From contig CAVWGN010000001.1 in NCBI GenBank assembly GCA_963754655.1, positions 1,856,001-1,920,000 on the forward strand: a stretch of 64,000 nt of DNA. Direction: 5' to 3'. The number at the start of each line of letters is the position of its first letter. Within the stretch, counting starts at the first letter, position 1. This document shows positions 31,443 to 42,094 of this stretch, in pieces. The translations under genes and the position numbers were made by a program. This DNA is from an uncultured Chlamydiae bacterium (GTDB lineage: Bacteria > Chlamydiota > Chlamydiia > Chlamydiales > Parachlamydiaceae). Under the pieces are notes generated by a model. It did not search any database and was not told where the DNA came from. It saw only the letters and a list, made by a program, of their open reading frames with translations.

Positions 31443-31613
31443 ATGAAAAAATTAGTCGTTTATTCAGCTATGCTGCTTACTTTGTTAGCAGTGACAGCTT
31501 GTGAAACAGAGAAAACTACAACAAACAATCCCAATCAGCCTACAAGAGATCGAACGGGAAATCCTCAAAATCCAAACCCAAATCAAACCCCTCCAGAACA
31601 ACCCCAGAGGTAA
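31443..31613 (+). CDS. Small lipoprotein (56 aa)
   Basis: MKKLVVYSAMLLTLLAVTAC lipobox, N/P/Q-rich tail, AAGGAG SD; below ORF-track cutoff. Confidence 0.8.
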   Translation: MKKLVVYSAMLLTLLAVTACETEKTTTNNPNQPTRDRTGNPQNPNPNQTPPEQPQR

Positions 31614-31708
31614 TTTTATCTTCTTAAAGATAAAATAAAGTGCGAAGCTGTGCTTAGCATGAGCATGCTTCGCATCCTTTTCAAGCGCTTCGATCAAATT
31701 TCAAAAAC

Positions 31709-32998
31709 TCATTTAAGAACTTGACAACTTTCGCTATTCTGAAGATCAAGACCTGTCGCTTGAATGAGTCGATCATAAGCATTGCGCACATCAAATTTTG
31801 CTTGATTGATGTTTTGCTGTGCTTCATGCACGCTTTTAATCACATCGCGAAATTCAAAAGACGACATCATTCCCAGTTGATGTTTTTTAGTCGCCATTTT
31901 CATTCCCTCTTCTACCAAAATTGCGCCCTCTTGAGCAGCTAAATAAGTCAAATAAGATTGCTCAATTTCATTCAATAAATTATACACCAAAGCTTCTGTT
32001 TCCAATTCTGTCTGATAGTAATTAGCGCCCGCTTCTCTGGTCCCTTCCCTTGCTTGCTTAATCCTCTGCTGATTCGAAGGATCATATAACATCCAATTCA
32101 AATTAACTCCCGTCTCCACATAAGGTTGATGATCAAAGCCATTGTTGATATAGCGATGGCCAGCATTTGCATAGAGGCTAAGTGTTGGAGAAGTCTCAGC
32201 TTTTGTTTGGCATACCTTATTTTGAGATAACAAGTAAGAAAATTGCTCTTGTTTTAATTGGGGGCGATATTGAAATGCCCATTGTAACCATTGGCCTGTG
32301 TCACACTTTTGCCAATTAAAGGAAGGAAGGGGAATGTCTTTTTCGGTCAAACAAAAAGGGGTATTGGAACTCAATCCAAGAAGAGTGAGTAAATCAAACT
32401 GGCTGCTTTTAATGCTACTTTGAGTGGAATAGTAATCAATCCAAGCACTTTTCAGATGCACTTTTGTCTGATTAAATTCAAAAGGAATTGATGTTCCAAG
32501 TTCTAAATGTCGCTCTTGTCTCTTGATTTCATCTTCCCAGAGTTGAATGACCATGTGATCAACAGCCAAATGGGCCTGATTTAAAAGAACGGCATAGTAG
32601 GCGTCCCGCACTTGAAATAATATGTCGCACAGCTGCTGCCGCACTTCTAATCTTAAACGCTCCCATTCAATTTGAGCTTCTTTTAGATTATAAATAGCCG
32701 CTTTATCATATAAAGGCTGAGTCACCTGCAAAAGGTTATTGATATTTCGCTGATCCTTCCCTACATTAGCTTCACAAGAGAAATTCACTTTAGGAAGAAA
32801 ATAATCTTTTGAAGCTCTATATCCGTAATAGCCTTGCTCTAAACGATGCAAGCTTGCATTCAATTGATAATTATTTTGAATGGCCAGTTCTTCGGCATGC
32901 CTCAATGATAAAAGCAGCGGCTCTTGAGCTTGCCCATTAGCCAAAACAAAAAGAAAAAGAATCAAAAAAAAGAGTCGATTTTTCATAATATAACCCAC
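31709..32998 (-). CDS. TolC-family outer membrane efflux protein
   Basis: Signal peptide, LSLRHAEELAIQNN, LP...QPLYD, RPQLK; last gene of efflux operon. Confidence 0.85.
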   Translation of the reverse strand: MGYIMKNRLFFLILFLFVLANGQAQEPLLLSLRHAEELAIQNNYQLNASLHRLEQGYYGYRASKDYFLPKVNFSCEANVGKDQRNINNLLQVTQPLYDKAAIYNLKEAQIEWERLRLEVRQQLCDILFQVRDAYYAVLLNQAHLAVDHMVIQLWEDEIKRQERHLELGTSIPFEFNQTKVHLKSAWIDYYSTQSSIKSSQFDLLTLLGLSSNTPFCLTEKDIPLPSFNWQKCDTGQWLQWAFQYRPQLKQEQFSYLLSQNKVCQTKAETSPTLSLYANAGHRYINNGFDHQPYVETGVNLNWMLYDPSNQQRIKQAREGTREAGANYYQTELETEALVYNLLNEIEQSYLTYLAAQEGAILVEEGMKMATKKHQLGMMSSFEFRDVIKSVHEAQQNINQAKFDVRNAYDRLIQATGLDLQNSESCQVLK

Positions 32999-33019
32999 AA
33001 TTTCTCGCTTGACGGATGA

Positions 33020-33712
33020 CTAAGTATTTTTTCGAATGTCCGAGGCAATCCGTCCATCATTTATCGTAATGCATCGTTGAGCTCGTTGAGCAATCTCTTT
33101 TTCATGCGTCACTAAAATAATTGTCGTCTGTCTAAGTTGATTAATCGTGCTAAAAAGATCAATAATCTTATTCGCGTTTTCCGAATCCAAATTGCCAGTG
33201 GGTTCATCCGCAAGCAATAGGGATGGATCCATGGCTAAGGCTCGCGCAATTGCCATGCGTTGTTTTTGTCCTCCAGACAATTGATGGGGATAATGATAGA
33301 GTCGAGGTCCAAGCCCAACCACCTCCAGTAATTCGATCGCTTTCTTTCGTGCAGTTTTTTCTGCTATGCCTCCATAAAGTTGAGGAAGGACAACATTTTC
33401 AATTGCGTTTAAATCGTTTAACAAATGAAAATTTTGAAAAACAAAGCCTATTTTTTGATTGCGCACATGAGCAAGCTTTTTAGAAGAGAATGAGGAAACC
33501 TCCTGTCCTTCCAGAAAAAATTGACCAGATGAGATTGAATCCAGACATCCTAATAAGTGCATAAGTGTTGTCTTTCCTGAACCGGAAGGACCAGTCAAAG
33601 CAACAATTTCCCCTTTTTTAATTTCCAAATCAATATTGCTCAATGCAATTAAAGCATGCTCCCCATTTTGAAATATTTTAGTCAATTTTTTAGTTTGAAT
33701 GAGCCACATCAC
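33020..33712 (-). CDS. ABC transporter ATP-binding protein (MacB/LolD-like)
   Basis: [36 protein letters not shown]. Confidence 0.95.
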   Translation of the reverse strand: MMWLIQTKKLTKIFQNGEHALIALSNIDLEIKKGEIVALTGPSGSGKTTLMHLLGCLDSISSGQFFLEGQEVSSFSSKKLAHVRNQKIGFVFQNFHLLNDLNAIENVVLPQLYGGIAEKTARKKAIELLEVVGLGPRLYHYPHQLSGGQKQRMAIARALAMDPSLLLADEPTGNLDSENANKIIDLFSTINQLRQTTIILVTHEKEIAQRAQRCITINDGRIASDIRKNT

Positions 33713-33733
33713 AATTAACCACTAAATTAATAA

Positions 33734-34975
33734 TTATATAGATTGCAAAGCTTCAACAGGGTGAAGCTTGGAGGCTTTATAAGCAGGATAGAATCCAAAA
33801 AAAAGACCAACAATGAAAGTCGTTACAAAAGCAATAATTAAAGGCGTCTCACGCAAAGCCCATTCAAATTCTGTAAAAGTTCCTAATAGATAGGCGCCTC
33901 CGACTCCAATTAGTATTCCCATAATGCCTCCGCTCAAACACAACAAAATAGATTCGATAAGAAATTGAGTCAAAATATGCCCAGATGTCGCTCCTACAGC
34001 CATTTTAATTCCAATCTCTTTTCTTCTTTCGGTCATGGCAACAAGCATAATATTCATAATTCCAATTCCTCCCACTATTAATGAGACACTAGCAGCAATT
34101 AAAAGAAATTGATTGAAGACTTGGGAAGATTTATGCGCTGCCTGCATCATTGCTTGTAGATCCCAAATGGTAAAATCATCAGATTCTCCCTCCATTATTT
34201 TATGCCGAAATCGTAGCAGCCTGCGTAGACTAGAGACAAGCTGCGTAGAGTTCTTTCCTTCTTTAGGCCGCACGATGATATGATGAATAGAATGATTTTC
34301 TTCTGAAGAAATGATTTTTTTCCAAACAGATGAAAAAGGAACAACAATATTGATATTTGGATTTTGAATGCGGTTGACTTTTTTAGGAGCTTCATTAAAA
34401 ACACCTAAGACTTTAAAGGAATTTTTGCCAATAAGGATGATTTTGCCAATGGGATTTTCTTGTTTAAATAGCTCCTTAGCTACTTCTGAGCCCAATACAG
34501 CAACTGAGATCGCTCCCCTCTCATGATGGGAAGAAAAGGGAAATCCCATTTTAATCCCTCGTGGTTCAATCCGAAAAAAATCAGCATTTAACCCTTGAAT
34601 TTCAGCTACAAGTTGATTGCCTTGGTATTTGACCACTTCCTTTTTTTCAACGCATGGAGTACAAGCTTGAATATTTGAAGAAAATTGGTTTATCGCAAGA
34701 TAATCCTCATAACTGAGCTTTCTCTCCTGCTTTTTTGTTTTCCTTACTTTACCTTTACTCATAAAGTTACCTGGCATGATATAAACCAAATTTTCTCCCA
34801 TAGCCAAGATTTCTCTTCTTAGCCTCTCATTAGCCCCTTCTCCTAAAGCCATGGTTACCGTCATAGAAGCAATGCCAATGACAATTCCAAGAAGTGCCAA
34901 ACCTGACCGAATGGGATGCCGGCGCAGACTCAAAAAAGCCATCTTAAAAAAAATGAAAAGGGAAACTCGAGCCAC
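33734..34975 (-). CDS. ABC transporter permease (MacB-like)
   Basis: LGIVIGIAS, GGIGIMNIMLV..TERRKEIGIK, FFGFYPAYKASKLHPVEAL. Confidence 0.9.
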   Translation of the reverse strand: MARVSLFIFFKMAFLSLRRHPIRSGLALLGIVIGIASMTVTMALGEGANERLRREILAMGENLVYIMPGNFMSKGKVRKTKKQERKLSYEDYLAINQFSSNIQACTPCVEKKEVVKYQGNQLVAEIQGLNADFFRIEPRGIKMGFPFSSHHERGAISVAVLGSEVAKELFKQENPIGKIILIGKNSFKVLGVFNEAPKKVNRIQNPNINIVVPFSSVWKKIISSEENHSIHHIIVRPKEGKNSTQLVSSLRRLLRFRHKIMEGESDDFTIWDLQAMMQAAHKSSQVFNQFLLIAASVSLIVGGIGIMNIMLVAMTERRKEIGIKMAVGATSGHILTQFLIESILLCLSGGIMGILIGVGGAYLLGTFTEFEWALRETPLIIAFVTTFIVGLFFGFYPAYKASKLHPVEALQSI

Positions 34976-34977
34976 GA

Positions 34978-36180
34978 CTATAACTTTCGATAAAATTTTT
35001 CGTAAATCTTTTGCATTTCATCCTGTTCCATTACATCCACAAGCACCTGCTCATCTCCTTTTAAGCCTGATTTGATTTCAAAGGAAATTTGATCTGTAAT
35101 TCCAATCTCCACAGGAATTTCTTTAAAGCAATCCTTGCAATCCTTCCAAATGAATTGAATATTTTCATCTTGATGCAATTTTACTAACGCCTGCTTATCG
35201 GATGCCTCCATTGGTTGAATCTTATAATTCAACAATTCTGCAATGGGTTGAAGATGTTCCTGTTTGATAAGAAAGGCTCGAGAAGTCAAAGTCAAAGCTG
35301 AATCAACCTCTGCCACATCTATTTTTGCATTGACGCTCATCCCAGGACGTAAAAGCAATTGAGGATTATCAATGTAAGCTTTGGCCTGATAGGTGCATTC
35401 TTTATCGTCATCTGTTTTGGCTGTAAAACTAATAGTATGAATGAGGCTATTAAAAACCTTATTAGGATAGGTATCTACCACCATCTGCACTTTTTGTCCT
35501 TTCTGAATTTGTCCTATATCTTTTTCGCTAATCTCTAATTCTGCTTCAATTTGCTTAATATCCGGAGCTAGCGATAATAAAGTCCCACCATCTAAATCAG
35601 AAGTGACTTTTTCTCCTTTGGCTACATTAATGTGAATCACGATGCCGGAGGCAGGCGCATAGACTTTATTATTTTCAAAAGCAATCATTTTTTTCTCATA
35701 ACTCGCTTTTAAAGATTTAATATCCGCCAACGTTGTGAGATAACTGCGCTTTGCTTCTTGTAAATCCATGTGGGACAGAAATTTTTCTTCGAATAATTGT
35801 TTTTTACGTTGATAATTGTTCTCTTGATATTCCATTTCAGCTAAAACTTTTTCATATGCTCCTTGAGCTTCGCGCACTTCGGTATCACCTAACCCCGTAT
35901 CAATTTCCACTAATAACTGTCCTTCTCTTACTGGATCATTTTCTTCCACATAAATAGCTTTCACACGACCGGTGACCACACTACCAATTTTGACCTGATC
36001 TTTAAGTTTTAAGCTGCCTGTTGCTGAAATCATTTGCTTAATTTCTTTTTTTGTAGGGGTTTCCACTTCATACAACTGCTCTAAGGGAATAGTAGCGGGT
36101 TTAAAATAAAAATAATAAATCGGGAAAGCGATAATAGTTGAAATTAGCATGATAACGAAAATAAATTTCAGAAATCTCAT
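34978..36180 (-). CDS. Periplasmic adaptor subunit (MacA-like)
   Basis: ISATGSL, VTGRVKAIYV, APASGIV, LRPGMSV. Confidence 0.9.
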   Translation of the reverse strand: MRFLKFIFVIMLISTIIAFPIYYFYFKPATIPLEQLYEVETPTKKEIKQMISATGSLKLKDQVKIGSVVTGRVKAIYVEENDPVREGQLLVEIDTGLGDTEVREAQGAYEKVLAEMEYQENNYQRKKQLFEEKFLSHMDLQEAKRSYLTTLADIKSLKASYEKKMIAFENNKVYAPASGIVIHINVAKGEKVTSDLDGGTLLSLAPDIKQIEAELEISEKDIGQIQKGQKVQMVVDTYPNKVFNSLIHTISFTAKTDDDKECTYQAKAYIDNPQLLLRPGMSVNAKIDVAEVDSALTLTSRAFLIKQEHLQPIAELLNYKIQPMEASDKQALVKLHQDENIQFIWKDCKDCFKEIPVEIGITDQISFEIKSGLKGDEQVLVDVMEQDEMQKIYEKFYRKL

Positions 36181-36408
36181 TACATCCTCCTGCTGAAGGA
36201 ATTTTAAGTAGAATTCTCTTAGTTGAGAAAATTTTTGGGAATAATATTGCTAATAATTGTATGATTTATTCTCTTTCTTCACAACTAATATCCTTTCTCT
36301 TTAAACCTTCTAAAAAACGCTCCCTATCCTCTATATAGAATTGTCAAAAAAAATCAATATTTGTTATTTTTTAACTAAAATTCCTCATACATTAAGCAGA
36401 GTGTTTTT

Positions 36409-36672
36409 ATGCCTTTTACAATTGGAGGAGAATGGATACCAGAACCCTCTTCAAAGCCTAAGCAACCGATTAAAATCATTAAAGAAAAAAGACGCTCTTC
36501 TTACGTGACAATCATCTTAAATCTTGCTCAAGAAGATTCTCAACTGAAAAGCGTCTGTTCAATTTTAAAGCAACGGCTTGGATGCGGAGGATCGGTCAAA
36601 AAAGGTTGTATTGAATTACAAGGAGATCAAGTCGATTTAGTGCGAGCCTACCTCAAAGAGAAAGAAATGTAA
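36409..36672 (+). CDS. Translation initiation factor SUI1 / YciH family
   Basis: LKQRLGCGGSVKKGCIELQGD. Confidence 0.85.
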   Translation: MPFTIGGEWIPEPSSKPKQPIKIIKEKRRSSYVTIILNLAQEDSQLKSVCSILKQRLGCGGSVKKGCIELQGDQVDLVRAYLKEKEM

Positions 36673-36704
36673 ATGAAGTAAGAAGAACCCACCTCTTGCT
36701 TTAT

Positions 36705-37409
36705 TTATTCCTTAATTCTTTTATTAATTGTATCTTTTACAACGCTTAATAAGGATGCATTCACCCAAGGTAAAGCTTCGACTACATTTTTAGACCATTT
36801 AAAATAATCTTGAATCCGTTGTTCAGACCAATCAGGCATAGGATTTGTTAAAAGATCACTTAAGTTATCCCATTTATCTGCTAATTTAATTTGAGCAGCT
36901 CCTGCTGATTTATAAGGAGCTGTCATAATTTGGAGCTTTTTGCGCTCCTCTTTAGGAAGAGTTTTATCATCTGTCACTTCTTGTACAAAAGCAGTTATTC
37001 GCTCTCCAAATAAATCTAGAAGTTCTTGATAAGAAGTTTCAGTATCTTCCAATGTATCATGGAGTAAACCTGCGATAATGATAGAGGGATCTCGAATGCT
37101 TCCTACCGTGACCAAGTGATGCGCGACTGAAAGAGGATGGACGACATAAGGTGTTTGTGCCTCATCTTTGCGCACTTGCTTGTGATGTTTATGAGCAGCA
37201 AATTCGACTGCTTTTAGAATGAGATGTACATCTTCTTCAATCCAACCTTCCCCTCTTTCATAAACAACCATTAAAACCTTTTGAAATTGAATAGACTTTT
37301 CTTGTATCTGAAAGACAGGAGGGCCAAAATATTCTTTCACAACCTCATCTAACCTTTTAAAATGCTGCTGTATTCTTTGAAGAGTAGAGGGATGGGGACG
37401 AATAAGCAT
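36705..37409 (-). CDS. HD-domain Mesh1/SAH-like (p)ppGpp hydrolase with N-terminal extension (intact copy)
   Basis: FAAHKH..QVRK..TPYVVHP, LLHDTLEDT, VQEVTDDK, IKLADKWDN; no synthetase domain. Confidence 0.85.
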   Translation of the reverse strand: MLIRPHPSTLQRIQQHFKRLDEVVKEYFGPPVFQIQEKSIQFQKVLMVVYERGEGWIEEDVHLILKAVEFAAHKHHKQVRKDEAQTPYVVHPLSVAHHLVTVGSIRDPSIIIAGLLHDTLEDTETSYQELLDLFGERITAFVQEVTDDKTLPKEERKKLQIMTAPYKSAGAAQIKLADKWDNLSDLLTNPMPDWSEQRIQDYFKWSKNVVEALPWVNASLLSVVKDTINKRIKE

Positions 37410-37752
37410 ACACCTCTATTAAAACGACTTGCTTTTTAGCATGCTCAAGAAGCTATGGCTTTCCCAACTTTTTTGGTACTTATCTTCTCGCCATAGGCAT
37501 TCCTATTTTTATAATAAATTTTTCATATAAACGAAATAGAGAAAAATAAATAAATCATTTATGAGCAAAAATATCCGCCGCTTCCATGGCTTCCTATTCT
37601 CGCTTCTCCTATCTGGCATAAAACGTTCATGAGCAAAATATGCAGTTAGTGCTTGCAATTGATCCCATTTAAACAGGACCTTTAATATTTTCAAGGCTAG
37701 TACTCTAACTTTTCTCTCAGTAAGGCTTTTTTTAAAGAAATCGGTGCTTGAA

Positions 37753-39276
37753 TTAACTTGCTATAAGATTGTAGCAGCCGGTTGAGTCAAACTTTTTTAA
37801 GCTTTTGGGAAGCTTGTCCAACGAGGCTATATTAGTGTATCCTACATTAAGCTTTTCTAGCTTTGAAAAAGACTCATCAAGCTTTTGAAAGGATTCTGCC
37901 GTAAGAGACTCGCATCCCTTTAAGTCAAGCTCTTTTAAGCTTTTGGGGAGCTTGTCTAGGGAGGCTATCGAAGTAGATGCTATATTAAGCTTTTCTAGCA
38001 TTGAAAAGGACTCATCAAGCTTTTGAAAGGATTCTGCTGTAAGAAGCCGGCATCTCTCTAAGTCAAGTTCTTTTAAATTTTTGGGGAGCTTGTCTAGGGA
38101 GGCTATTTCAGTCGATCCTACATTAAGCTTTTCTAGCTTTGAAAAGGACTCATCAAGCTTTTGAAAGGATTCTACTATTGTAAGAGCCATGCATTTGTAT
38201 AAGTTAAGCTCTTTTAAGTTTTTGGGGAGCTTGTCCAGGGAGCCTATGTGAGTGCCTCCTACATTAAGCTTTTCTAGCATTGAAAAGGACTCATCAAGCT
38301 TTTGAAAGGATTCTGCCTTAAGAGAATGGCATGCCGTTAAGTTAAGCTCTTTTAAGCTTTTGGGGAGCTTGTCTAGGGAAGCTATGTGAGTAAATGATAC
38401 ATTAAGCTTTTCTAACTTTGAAAAGGACTCATCAAGCTTTTGAAAGGCTTCTGCCGTAAGAGACCTGCATCCTTCTAAGTTAAGCTCTTTTAAGTTTTTG
38501 GGGAGCTTGTCTAGGGAGGCTATGTCAGTCGATCCTACATTAAGCTTTTCTAGCTTTGAAAAAGAAGATAAATCTAATTTCTCTATTGGAGTAGTGCCTA
38601 ATAGAGTCAGGGATCGAAGATTGGGAAATGCTTGTTGTAATCTTCTGAGTTTTTCATTATCTAAGCTTGTAAAATTGGAGAGATCGAGTGTAGTGATTTC
38701 TAGCTTTGAAAAAGAAGATAAATCTAATTTCTCTATTGGAGTAGTGCCCGATAGAGTCAGGGATCGAAGATTGGGACAGGCTTGTTGTAATCTTCTGAGT
38801 TTTTCATTATCTAAGCTTGTAAAATTGGAGAGATCGAGTGTAGTGATTTCTTCTCCAAATTGAAAGATAGCCTCAAATCTTTGCTTAGGAGAAAGGTTAC
38901 TATCTAACAAGTTAAAAGCTATTAATTTTCCCATAATTTGTGAATAGATGTCCATTGAACCCGCTGCCTCAAGCAACTCAGGATAGCGTATATAATGTGG
39001 AGAAGGATTGTCTAAATACTGCATGATTTGCTTCCAAAGATTTTGATCTTCGGGTTGAATCTTAAGTTGTTGAAGTAAGTTTTTAACTTCCTGTGCAGTT
39101 TCTTGTGAAGACAAAGAAAAGGCTGCTTGTCTTAAAAAATCTTGAATAATGAAATTAATTTTTTCTAAATTTTTCGTTTTATGTGAAGAAACCTTCTCAC
39201 TATTATAAGTGTTGATTAATTCCTTAAAAGAAACTTCGATAGACGAAGGTAAATGGTAAGAATGAGTCGGATCCAT
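37753..39276 (-). CDS. Variable LRR protein, array copy 1 (intact)
   Basis: 46-aa/138-bp units KLEKLNVxxTxIASLDKLPKxLKELxLxxCxxLTAExFQKLDESFS; 150-bp cap duplication 38551-38850. Confidence 0.9.
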   Translation of the reverse strand: MDPTHSYHLPSSIEVSFKELINTYNSEKVSSHKTKNLEKINFIIQDFLRQAAFSLSSQETAQEVKNLLQQLKIQPEDQNLWKQIMQYLDNPSPHYIRYPELLEAAGSMDIYSQIMGKLIAFNLLDSNLSPKQRFEAIFQFGEEITTLDLSNFTSLDNEKLRRLQQACPNLRSLTLSGTTPIEKLDLSSFSKLEITTLDLSNFTSLDNEKLRRLQQAFPNLRSLTLLGTTPIEKLDLSSFSKLEKLNVGSTDIASLDKLPKNLKELNLEGCRSLTAEAFQKLDESFSKLEKLNVSFTHIASLDKLPKSLKELNLTACHSLKAESFQKLDESFSMLEKLNVGGTHIGSLDKLPKNLKELNLYKCMALTIVESFQKLDESFSKLEKLNVGSTEIASLDKLPKNLKELDLERCRLLTAESFQKLDESFSMLEKLNIASTSIASLDKLPKSLKELDLKGCESLTAESFQKLDESFSKLEKLNVGYTNIASLDKLPKSLKKFDSTGCYNLIAS

Positions 39277-39353
39277 ATTTTCTTCTCTCTTTTGATTATG
39301 ATTAAAAATTTAATACAATAATTAATAAATAATTTATTATATTTACAAATGCT

Positions 39354-39382
39354 ATTATACAAACTATTTTGATTTTAAGCGA
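39354..39382 (-). promoter_or_regulatory. Putative sigma70/66-type promoter of LRR gene (similar upstream of the other copies)
   Basis: Minus strand TCGCTT-N17-TATAAT about 80 bp upstream of the ATG. Confidence 0.35.
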
Positions 39383-39601
39383 GTACTAAAAACACTTTTT
39401 ATTTAATTGACATTTGCATTAGATTTATTTTCAACTTAAGATTGATTTAATATCAAATGAATTTAGTAAAAAAATTTGATTTGATATTAAATCTATGGAA
39501 ACAGTTTTCCTTCAAAAGGATTTAACTAAATCGATCATAAAAATGAATAAAAATAAAAAAATCCTGCCTTTTGTTGGCATGAAGATGACCGAATTGCCAG
39601 G

Positions 39602-39918
39602 GTGTTTTTACTAAACATATTTGACACTTGCAGCCCTTCAGGCTGCATGACACAACCCGCTCATAACCAGGGCGTTGCTGGTCTATTGCACTTACAGCCT
39701 TTCAGCTGATAGAGAACCTCAGCTTACAATATTAGACCGCAAGTCTCTATATTTTGGACCTTTTTTATAGACAGCACGTCTAAAAGTAAAATAGGAAATT
39801 TCCTGTATTAGCCGGAAGAGCTTTAAGTGCAATAGACTATGGCAACTCCCTGGGTATGAGCGGGTTGTGTCACGCAGCCTGAAGGGCTGCAAGTGTCAAA
39901 TATTTTAGTAAAAAACAC
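39602..39918. repeat. REPIN-like palindrome family B (array unit 1)
   Basis: GTGTTTTTACTAAACATATTTGACACTTGCAGCCCTTCAGGCTGC... and its inverted copy; internal GCCCTTCAGGC motifs. Confidence 0.85.
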
Positions 39919-40425
39919 TGATTGTTCAACTTTTTCATGAAAATTATTTTTGGTGAATTGAATAATTTCCAAAGCTTTTTTGGAACTTTCTCTTTAACTT
40001 TCATAGCCAATTTAAAGATGATCCTGAAATTTGACCTCAGACACTTTAACACTTTTTTGAACGATAGAATTTAATAAATCATCCATGACTTGCACATTCG
40101 CTTTGGTAATGGAAAAAGAGTGCTTCATATCCTTTATTTTTTACAATAATCAAAGCCTAAAGTAATATTATGTATTTGAATATTAATAAGATAATGATAA
40201 AATATTTATGTGATTAGAATTGCTATTTTTTGTAAAAAATTAGCACCCTAACCAAGGTAAAGCTTCGATTAAATTTTTAAATCATTTAAAATAATCTTGA
40301 ATCCGTTTTCAGACCCATCAGCCATAGGATTTGTTAAAAGATTGCTTAAGTTATTCCATTTATCTGCTCATCACACTTCTTCAATCCAACCTTCCCCCTC
40401 TTTTATAAACAACCATTAAAACCGG
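39919..40425 (-). pseudogene. Deleted remnants of thioredoxin and HD-hydrolase genes
   Basis: Fragments matching 51303-51520 and 36760-37275. Confidence 0.75.
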
Positions 40426-40593
40426 TTGTCCTATTTTTATAATAAAATTTCATATAACGAAATAGAGAAAAATAAATAAATTACTCACCTTACGCAAGCG
40501 AGGTTAAAGAATCAGTGATATCTTTAAATAACCAGTAGCATGATTTGTTTAATAGCCTGAAAGGCTTCAAAGAAAATAGCCCAGGGCATCGCC

Positions 40594-42085
40594 CTTGTCA
40601 TTACCCAAATTTTTCAAAAATTTATTATTTTCATTAACTTTGCACCTTCTACAAGATCTATAAGCCTACTCATGCCAAGCCAAAGGGTCTTTAATCCCGG
40701 CATTCCATCACTTTTTCTGTTAATGTGACCTCCTAGCTTCCCGATCGCTAGCGCTACACATTTAACCGTCTTTATCTTCCTTTTAAGATAGGTTTCAAGG
40801 ACTTTTATTTCAAATTGACTAAGTCCGCTTTCTTTTGCGTCGCCATCAGGATTAGTCCTTAAAGATTCTCTGAGATCTACTAATCTAAGTGCAACAATAC
40901 TCATAATCGCAATTGCAGCAAAAAGTCTATGAGCATTTTCTAATTGAAGATCTTCGGCTCTTAATCCACTTTTAAGAGTTTTATGAAAATCTTCTATCAT
41001 CCAACGTAGCGAATAATATTTTACAATAAGATATGCAGATTCAATATTATTTATGCTTAAAGAAGTATATAAAAACCATTCAATCGTACTGCCATCCTCG
41101 GGATCAACGCCCCAAACATGTACTACAGTCACTTGCAGCGTAGGTAATTCCCCAATACTATAACCGGGCCTTGCAGGAGCCCGTAGGGATACTTCTTGCC
41201 AATTTACATTCAATGAAATCGTTCTTTTTGTTGTTCCATTTCTTCCTCTGCGATCAATTGTAGTAGCTCCTATTGGGGGTAATTCTCTTAATGTTTCAAA
41301 CAAACGAATTTCCCAATCGTTATTATCTACACGATCATGTTTGACTCGGATGATATAATCATATCCAGATGCCTGAGTATCCTGAAGAACTTCGTAAATA
41401 TCTGCATTGCGATCACAGACTCTAATCAATCTATTTTGATTACTCTTTGGAGCCTGGTTTTTAAGCATCTTTGACCACAAATCTGTCTCGAGCCCTTGTT
41501 GTCCGTTTCCTTGTTTATGGGTCTTCTCTCTTTTAGGAGGACGCACATAATATTGTTGAGAGGGCAAACCTAAAATTTTTACACAGGGATCTTTTGAAGA
41601 GGTTTTGTTCCTTATTCCTAAAGCAATAGTAGAATGCAAAATAAATCCTTGATCCCCTTTTCTGCCAGAGCCTACAGGACCCAAACCTTCAATTGGTTCT
41701 TGTCCATTCCATTCAAATTCTGAACTATCTTCGATAAGTAAGATATCGCCATGCCAATTTAACATGTTTTGTGTTGCTAAAGCCCGATGGTTTGATTGAA
41801 TGGTATCAGGTGTCATAACATTTTGATCAAGAAGATTATAGGATGCTTTAATATCATACCACTTTGTATAAAGAGAGGAAAAAAATTGTCCTGGATGCAT
41901 AGCTAGTTTTGTTGCCATATCAACTAATCTCCGCGTCCTCCTTTTATCAAATAGCTGAACTTTCCCAAAGTTTTTATAAGCCCACATGCCTGTATCAAAT
42001 TCATATCGTGTTGTATGCATAAATATCTCCTTTGTTGAAAAACATCTATTATACAACAACCTTGAAAAATTTGGGTAATGACAAG
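40594..42085 (-). mobile_element. IS4-family (IS50/Tn5-like) insertion sequence, intact
   Basis: 24-bp TIR CTTGTCATTACCCAAATTTTTCAA; 9-bp TSD GGCATCGCC (40585-40593, 42086-42094). Confidence 0.95.
40614..42020 (-). CDS. IS4-family transposase
   Basis: DKRRTRRL, IEDSS, VCDRNADIYE, YSLRWMIEDFHKTLKSG (YREK), IGKLGGH..RKSDGMPG; SD before ATG 42020. Confidence 0.95.
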   Translation of the reverse strand: MHTTRYEFDTGMWAYKNFGKVQLFDKRRTRRLVDMATKLAMHPGQFFSSLYTKWYDIKASYNLLDQNVMTPDTIQSNHRALATQNMLNWHGDILLIEDSSEFEWNGQEPIEGLGPVGSGRKGDQGFILHSTIALGIRNKTSSKDPCVKILGLPSQQYYVRPPKREKTHKQGNGQQGLETDLWSKMLKNQAPKSNQNRLIRVCDRNADIYEVLQDTQASGYDYIIRVKHDRVDNNDWEIRLFETLRELPPIGATTIDRRGRNGTTKRTISLNVNWQEVSLRAPARPGYSIGELPTLQVTVVHVWGVDPEDGSTIEWFLYTSLSINNIESAYLIVKYYSLRWMIEDFHKTLKSGLRAEDLQLENAHRLFAAIAIMSIVALRLVDLRESLRTNPDGDAKESGLSQFEIKVLETYLKRKIKTVKCVALAIGKLGGHINRKSDGMPGLKTLWLGMSRLIDLVEGAKLMKIINF

Positions 42086-42094
42086 GGCATCGCC

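Noticed and set aside
37509..37694. 61-aa ORF repeated identically at 59163..59348
   Set aside because: TTG start, no recognisable motif, and disrupted in other units; identity reflects recent duplication.
37790..38560. CRISPR-like pattern of conserved repeats with variable inserts
   Set aside because: The period is 138 bp, in frame, and encodes LRRs; variable parts are only a few codons; no cas genes.
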